In this document: positions 58,588 to 64,000 of the stretch, piece by piece | Position numbering within the stretch: the stretch's first letter is position 1 | How the letters are laid out: each line of letters starts with the position of its first letter | Source of the DNA: Phycisphaerae bacterium | GTDB taxonomy: Bacteria > Planctomycetota > Phycisphaerae > UBA1845 | Direction: 5' to 3' | Length of the DNA: 64,000 nt | NCBI GenBank assembly: GCA_963666835.2 | Contig: CAXXGO010000001.1 | Span: 32,001 to 96,000 of the forward strand | Program-made: the position numbers and the translations under genes | Notes under the pieces: model-generated | The model's input: the letters and a program-made list of their open reading frames with translations, nothing else | What the model was told of the DNA's origin: nothing | Database searches by the model: none

Positions 58588-59058
58588 CTACTGAAGGACC
58601 GTAATCATGAACTGAGCGAGATCCGATCGACCGGGATTCTCCCGGCGCGCGTTGACGAGCTCAGTGCGAAGAGAGACGCTCTTGTCTGCCGGGTAAGAGT
58701 CTGCGACGGCGGGCGGTTTCGTTTGCGGAGACAGCCGGCCGACTCCAGCATGCATGGCGTATCCGGCTGCAAACGCCAGCACAATGCCGGCGGCTTGACG
58801 CGCGAAACGTCGCCCGCGAAAACAGCGACCAAGCGGCGGCCTTCCTTCACCGGGTGATTCGTTGTCTCTCGGGTACAGTGTAACCTGCGGCGGGCCCGGT
58901 ACCTTCCACATAGCGCGGATCGCCCGGGCGAGAGATTCGTACTCGAGACGACAATGGGAGCACTCTGCAAGATGAGCGTCGAAGGCCGATCGCTCGGTTG
59001 AAGACAGCTCTCCACCGAGGGCGTCGGCCAGAAAGACCTCAAAGTCTTCACAGTTCAT
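58588..59058 (-). CDS. Zinc-finger (HxxxCxxC) anti-sigma factor
   Basis: MNC....FL...L.GEL...ER..F.AHLAECSHC plus a TM helix; ATGA overlap with the sigma gene. Confidence 0.9.
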   Translation of the reverse strand: MNCEDFEVFLADALGGELSSTERSAFDAHLAECSHCRLEYESLARAIRAMWKVPGPPQVTLYPRDNESPGEGRPPLGRCFRGRRFARQAAGIVLAFAAGYAMHAGVGRLSPQTKPPAVADSYPADKSVSLRTELVNARRENPGRSDLAQFMITVLQ

Positions 59059-59573
59059 GGTGATTCCTCCTCGGCCCAGCGTGGCTCGAGCTGATCTCGA
59101 ACCGCTCGCGTGGATCGCAGGTAGTGCGTCTTGACCGTCGACAATGCCAGCCCCAGCTCGGACGCGATCCGGGAGAACGTCATTTCGTCATATACCTTGG
59201 CGACCAGCACCGCACGCTGGAGATCGGTCAGACGATCCATCGCGGCCGCGATGTCCGCTCGGAGCGCCGCGCCGTCGACGGAATCGCCGGGCGCTTCTTC
59301 CGTGGCCGGCGGCTGCGCGGCGGATTCCGGAACCGGCGGTGTAACCCGTCTTTGCCGGGCGTAGTCGACCGCCCGATTCAGCGTTACCCGGCGTAGCCAG
59401 CCGCGCGGGTGATCCGGAGGGCCCTTCCGGCATTGGGCGGCCCACCGGAGGAAAACGTCCTGGACCACATCCTGGGCGTCTTCGTGTTGCCCGAGAAGGC
59501 GATAGGCCCAGCCATATACTGCGAGAGTATGCGGCTCGAAGGCATCTAATCCCGGGCTAGCCGTGGTTGCCAT
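59055..59573 (-). CDS. ECF sigma-70 family factor
   Basis: AQDVVQDVFL, WL.RVTLNRAVD, L...QRAV, IASELGL...TVK. Confidence 0.93.
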   Translation of the reverse strand: MATTASPGLDAFEPHTLAVYGWAYRLLGQHEDAQDVVQDVFLRWAAQCRKGPPDHPRGWLRRVTLNRAVDYARQRRVTPPVPESAAQPPATEEAPGDSVDGAALRADIAAAMDRLTDLQRAVLVAKVYDEMTFSRIASELGLALSTVKTHYLRSTRAVRDQLEPRWAEEESP

Positions 59574-59635
59574 TATCGCAGGCTCCTCGAGCGGTTCTGG
59601 TCTTTGCCAACAAAAGTGTCACAAATGCGTCATCG

Positions 59636-60724
59636 TCAGGAAGCGTTGCTGCCGGACGCCGTTGCGTCAGTCTCTTCAGTGTCTGAGGGGCTGTCCAGCC
59701 GGGTGATGAACCACAGCTCGAAGTCGCGGTCACGGAAAATCTTGCCGTTGAAATCCCATGCGGCGGAGCTGACCCCACCTTCCTCGTCGACGTCGTCGGC
59801 GTTATGGGCAACGACGGTACCCGGCATGGACACCCGCATTTTGAACGAATCGCCTCCGAGTTCGTCCGTAACAGCATGGTAGTGGGCCACCCGATCGAAG
59901 CTACGTTGCCAACGAGCCACGGCCTGTCGGTCGTAGCCGGCTCGATCCACCAGGCTCTCGGCGAAGGCATTTCGCCCATTCTCCAGAATTCGTTCGGACT
60001 CTGCTTCGAAGCAGGCGTTGCGTTCGTCTGCGTCATCTTGCGGGCAGAGTTTCGAGAGGTTATCGCAGTCCAACTCCGCCGAGAAAGCCGCAAACATCGC
60101 CTCGCGCGCCAATAAGCGGTATTCCGGCGCCAATTCCGGGTCGCATTCCGCAAGAGCTGCCAGGGCGAACTCGGATTGTTTGAGTGCTTCGACGGCGGCC
60201 AGGGCTTCGAGCAGAGCCTGACGCTCCTCGCGTGTCATCTCTTCGACGGGCTTGCCGGCTAAATCGTGATGGTGCTCGTCGATGATATACTCCTGCCAGT
60301 AATGCGCGTAGGCCCAATCTCGCCGAACATATCGGCGGTGGAAGTAGTAGTACGTGCCGTCTTCGCGCTCTTCCCGGCGGACAATCGTTGGGAAATGGAG
60401 ATAGACGTCGGGGTTCGGATCAGCGGGCGCTGCGAATGTCTCCGGCAGGGTCTCCCCCGGCCGAAAAGACCGTTGCGCATCGAGTATCTGTTTCCTGTCG
60501 TCTCGGGGTCCCTGTTCCGACCGCACGACCTTCCAGCCACCCTCCGGAGTGGGCAGCGCTCCGTGTCGATCTATATCATCACCGGCGAACTTGTAGTGCA
60601 GCTCGATGTTGATCGCTCCATCGGCCGCGATCGTAATGGTCTCCGTCCGCTCCAGGCAACCCGTGCTCGCCCCGAGACAGGCCGTCGCGAGAGCCAGGCA
60701 AGCCGTCCTTCTTGACAAGATCAT
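59636..60724 (-). CDS. Hypothetical lipoprotein
   Basis: GGAG RBS; lipobox STG-C; ETITIAADG and VSMPG.VVAHN motifs. Confidence 0.75.
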   Translation of the reverse strand: MILSRRTACLALATACLGASTGCLERTETITIAADGAINIELHYKFAGDDIDRHGALPTPEGGWKVVRSEQGPRDDRKQILDAQRSFRPGETLPETFAAPADPNPDVYLHFPTIVRREEREDGTYYYFHRRYVRRDWAYAHYWQEYIIDEHHHDLAGKPVEEMTREERQALLEALAAVEALKQSEFALAALAECDPELAPEYRLLAREAMFAAFSAELDCDNLSKLCPQDDADERNACFEAESERILENGRNAFAESLVDRAGYDRQAVARWQRSFDRVAHYHAVTDELGGDSFKMRVSMPGTVVAHNADDVDEEGGVSSAAWDFNGKIFRDRDFELWFITRLDSPSDTEETDATASGSNAS

Positions 60725-61103
60725 GATTCAGCTCTCCTTTGCTAGTTGGTGAAACGCTGTTCACATCCGCTCGTCTAACCAGACGGGGCAGAACCGAGCT
60801 TGGCCGACATGATTCCTCGCATTACGTACACTTTCTTCCGGAATCCTGTCGCAGGGACCGGCAACGTTCAGATTCATCGTGCCCGGCGGTCGGCGTCGAT
60901 CCTCTCTCGCACGCTTGGCACTCCGAAGCACGCAAGTAAGGCCCGATAACCACCGCGGATTGAGGATCGAGAAGCCCGGAGCGAACTGAGGGGCTAACGG
61001 GAGGCACAGAACGCAATGGGGCGTCCGCTGCGTGTGCTAATGCGGCCGAAGTGGCGATTCCCGCCGGGCTCTCCACCCAAAGACGCGGGACCGCGTCGCG
61101 GTC

Positions 61104-61712
61104 TTACACCGTCGGCTTGCGTCGCCTTCGCAACGCGAGAGCGCATCCGATGCCCAGAAGTGTTGCTGTAAGCGGCTCAGGGATAGCGACTATCGTATCA
61201 ATGGCCAACTCCTGTCCTCCGATCTTCACGTAGTCAACGTCCCCGCTGAGCGTGATGACATTGGCGACGACCGTTGCTGTGACCCCCGGGGCTACTGCGA
61301 CGGGAATGGCCGAAAGATCCGCAAGCTCTAAGATTGTCCCGCCGTTTACGGCGAAGTTGTTGGTCCCACCAAACGCCATGTATTCGATGGTTACGAGGTC
61401 TACGTCGGGCTGTACTTTCGTGAAATCGAACTGCACATTGATGTTGTTCAAGGCCAACGATGGGGTCGGGAAGAAGCTGTGATAACGCCCGCCAATCTCC
61501 GCTTCGAAGAACCCAACAAAGGATCCGTAGACGAAATCCTCCACCGACATTTCGATACCGTCGTTCGTCAAAACGACTTGGTTGGGGGTGTGTCCGACGC
61601 TGTTTCCGAATACCGTGCCAAGTGGAAGCGAGTCAAAGTCCATTGTTGCCGCTTGGCTTGCGGATCCGAACGCGATCGCCACCAAACAGACGATGATCGT
61701 TCGTAGCTTCAT
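61104..61712 (-). CDS. PEP-CTERM sorting-domain protein
   Basis: Signal peptide; C-terminal IPEP + TM + RRRRK. Confidence 0.9.
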   Translation of the reverse strand: MKLRTIIVCLVAIAFGSASQAATMDFDSLPLGTVFGNSVGHTPNQVVLTNDGIEMSVEDFVYGSFVGFFEAEIGGRYHSFFPTPSLALNNINVQFDFTKVQPDVDLVTIEYMAFGGTNNFAVNGGTILELADLSAIPVAVAPGVTATVVANVITLSGDVDYVKIGGQELAIDTIVAIPEPLTATLLGIGCALALRRRRKPTV

Positions 61713-62532
61713 CTCGAACACCCCTCCATTGCCGGCCACCGCCGGCGAAACGCTGCCCCGACGATTGCCCGGCGCAGGTCAATATCACCGCCATCCGATT
61801 ATACCTCTCCTGCGACGCGGCTTTCTCCACGCTCGGTGAGGTACCACGACAACCAGTGCACTAGTGAGGCGATGCCCGATAACGCTGCTGTTGGGATTGA
61901 CACAACTGCTTGGCGCTTCTCTCCGAATCGACCTCTCCGTCAGTATCCTATCCTCGCTGAGACTCGATATCAAGTGTTGATCTCAGGGACAAGGCGTCGG
62001 GGCGAGTACAACGGCTATGGAAAGGCGGCGGCCCTGGCACCGATAACAACCACCCCGGCGTCAAGCGGATGAGAGTATGGCTCACTGTCAATCTTCGCCT
62101 TACGCCTTTTCGGGCTGAGCCCTCGGTATAAGGCCGATAACGCTCCCCCCCGTCTTAGCGCCGCCCTAATGAGGCACGACCCAGTCGCGGCATTAGAGTG
62201 TCGCTGCATGAGGTGCTCTTGCGGATTTGCTTCACTCATTGGGCGGACGCTGCCGACAAGCAAGCCGAGGCTACGGACATCCTCCCGGCAGAAGGATTTT
62301 GTTGTTTTTCGTGGCCGTTTGTGCTAGATTGATAGTGGATTATAGGCGTTTGGGTCAACGGTGCCGGATCTCGGTATCCGCGGTGGGCGGTGTGGTCCAG
62401 CGGGGGTTGTGCGATGCCGAGAGCTGTGAAGGTATGGAAGTATCTTCTCTGGAGAAGCAATTTGGCGGGCTAGTCTGGGCACACTCGTCCGCATCATTCT
62501 ATTCACCCCGGATGCATGGAGGAGAGGAGATC

Positions 62533-64000
62533 ATGAGGTATAGGCTAACAACGTTGGCGCTCTTGACGGCCGCGCTGCTCTCAGCCGCGTCGACAAGTGT
62601 GGAGGCGGGAATCGGTCTGGAACTTCGGCCGGCCTCGCAGGGGATCTTGGCTGGGCAGACTGTCGAGATTGATTTGTACGTCACCGGGGCATCCCCATCG
62701 GAGCCGGTGGGGTTGGTGCGCGCCGTTTTGGCGTGGGATCCGGCGTATCTCGAATTGGTCGGCAACGATCGAACCGGGGAGCCCGCGTGGGCTTCTTCGG
62801 GTTTTCCGACCGGCGGACTGAACGCTGATTGGAGTGATGGAAGGGCCATGTACCTTTCTCACGTCAGTTTGAGTTGTGTGCCGATAGACGCACCACCGGA
62901 AGGGCAGTTTGTCACGACGTTGCTGTTCGAAGCGTTGGGTAACTTCGATACGACTTTCGTGAATATCCTCGCCAGCCAGGACACTTACGAAACCCAAGTC
63001 TACGATAATCTTGTCGGCCTTTGCGGAGGCGTAATGTATTCCTCGGTGACTCTCGGCTCAGCCGTGAACGTCACTATTTCAGCGTGTAATGTCGCGGTGC
63101 AGTGCAACGACGCGGATGCATGTACTGACGATACGTGTGATGGCGGCGTATGTGTAAATACCATCAACTACGATGATGAAACACAATGCTGCAATCCGAC
63201 GTCAGGAACGCTGACCGTTATCGATGATGGGGACGACTGCACCGACGATGAATGCGATCCCGCTACCGGGACGGTCAGCCACGACCCTACGGCGTTCGGT
63301 ACGCCGTGCGGGGATCCGACGGACGATTTCTGCACCGATCCGGATACCTGTGACGGGGCGGGATACTGCGACCCGCACCATGCCACCGATAATACGTGGT
63401 GCAATCTGGATGGCGATGAGTGTACAACCGATCGATGCCAGTCCGGTATCTGCGTGACAATCTCCACGTTGGCTAACGGAACTTTCTGTGACGACGGGCA
63501 GGACAACTGTACTCCGGGACAGGATGAGTGCCTGGACGGCGTCTGCGTCGGTACGGGAACGGATCCGTGTCCGGCCATCGAACCGGACACGCCCTATTGT
63601 TATGAGGCCGAGGTGACGGCAGACGCCTGCACTGGTGGCGACGGCGATTGCGACACGGCGAAAGAGTTTTACTGCTTCTATCCCAACGGGGATGAATGTC
63701 CGTCCGGTGATACCACTTGTGTTTGTCAGAGGGCGTTCGAATGTCGGGAGTGCCTAGTGACGGCTCATTGCCCTGACGACGGGAGCTGTTATGCACCGGT
63801 GTGTTACGCTGGGGAGTGCATAGGACATATCGTTCACGAACGCTGTTTGGACGACGTCTGGTGCAACGGCGAGGAGTTCTGCCAGAATCAGGCGACTCCG
63901 CCGGCCCAAGATTGGCAATGCGTTTCTGATAATTACCCGCCTTGCAGCGATCCGGATTTCCCTGTGTGCGTGGAAGAAACGTGTTGCATAGGCGAGGACT
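62533..64000 (+). CDS. Secreted protein with cohesin-like N-terminal domain and Cys/Asp-rich repeats; 3' truncated (absent from the ORF track)
   Basis: AGGAG RBS, MRYRLTTLALLTAALLSAA signal, GQTVEIDLYV...LAWDPAYLELVG...TLLFEAL, then CNDADACTDDTC repeats; appears open to the window end. Confidence 0.85.
   Translation, partial: MRYRLTTLALLTAALLSAASTSVEAGIGLELRPASQGILAGQTVEIDLYVTGASPSEPVGLVRAVLAWDPAYLELVGNDRTGEPAWASSGFPTGGLNADWSDGRAMYLSHVSLSCVPIDAPPEGQFVTTLLFEALGNFDTTFVNILASQDTYETQVYDNLVGLCGGVMYSSVTLGSAVNVTISACNVAVQCNDADACTDDTCDGGVCVNTINYDDETQCCNPTSGTLTVIDDGDDCTDDECDPATGTVSHDPTAFGTPCGDPTDDFCTDPDTCDGAGYCDPHHATDNTWCNLDGDECTTDRCQSGICVTISTLANGTFCDDGQDNCTPGQDECLDGVCVGTGTDPCPAIEPDTPYCYEAEVTADACTGGDGDCDTAKEFYCFYPNGDECPSGDTTCVCQRAFECRECLVTAHCPDDGSCYAPVCYAGECIGHIVHERCLDDVWCNGEEFCQNQATPPAQDWQCVSDNYPPCSDPDFPVCVEETCCIGED

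Overview
GC-rich bacterial DNA, most likely Planctomycetota/Phycisphaerae (inferred from A|FTLxE prepilins, Cys/Asp-rich and cohesin-like secreted proteins, and dense REP-like intergenic mosaics). The first half holds the 3' end of coaBC, a Cys-rich/S-layer-like lipoprotein and a ~25 kb type II secretion-like operon. In that operon the secretin appears split into a ~3,200-aa protein made only of periplasmic N-domains and a 1,545-aa secretin. A 1,913-bp insertion element follows, then prfB (programmed +1 frameshift), a cyclophilin lipoprotein, a solo hicB, purB, pyrE, crcB-DUF190, a GT4-GH130-GH130 cluster, glnA, a repeat-rich secreted protein, two-component genes, an ECF sigma/anti-sigma module, a PEP-CTERM protein and a truncated cohesin-like/Cys-rich protein. 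The top candidate for an undescribed system is the element at 31245-33157. It has IS1111-like ends (15-bp sub-terminal inverted repeats, a CT core, no longer target duplication) and a strongly structured 3' non-coding region, and it sits in a palindromic repeat whose empty copy is visible at ~43.5 kb. It encodes only two paralogous DUF1670-like proteins and no recognisable transposase. All family calls are by-eye motif recognition; no searches were run.
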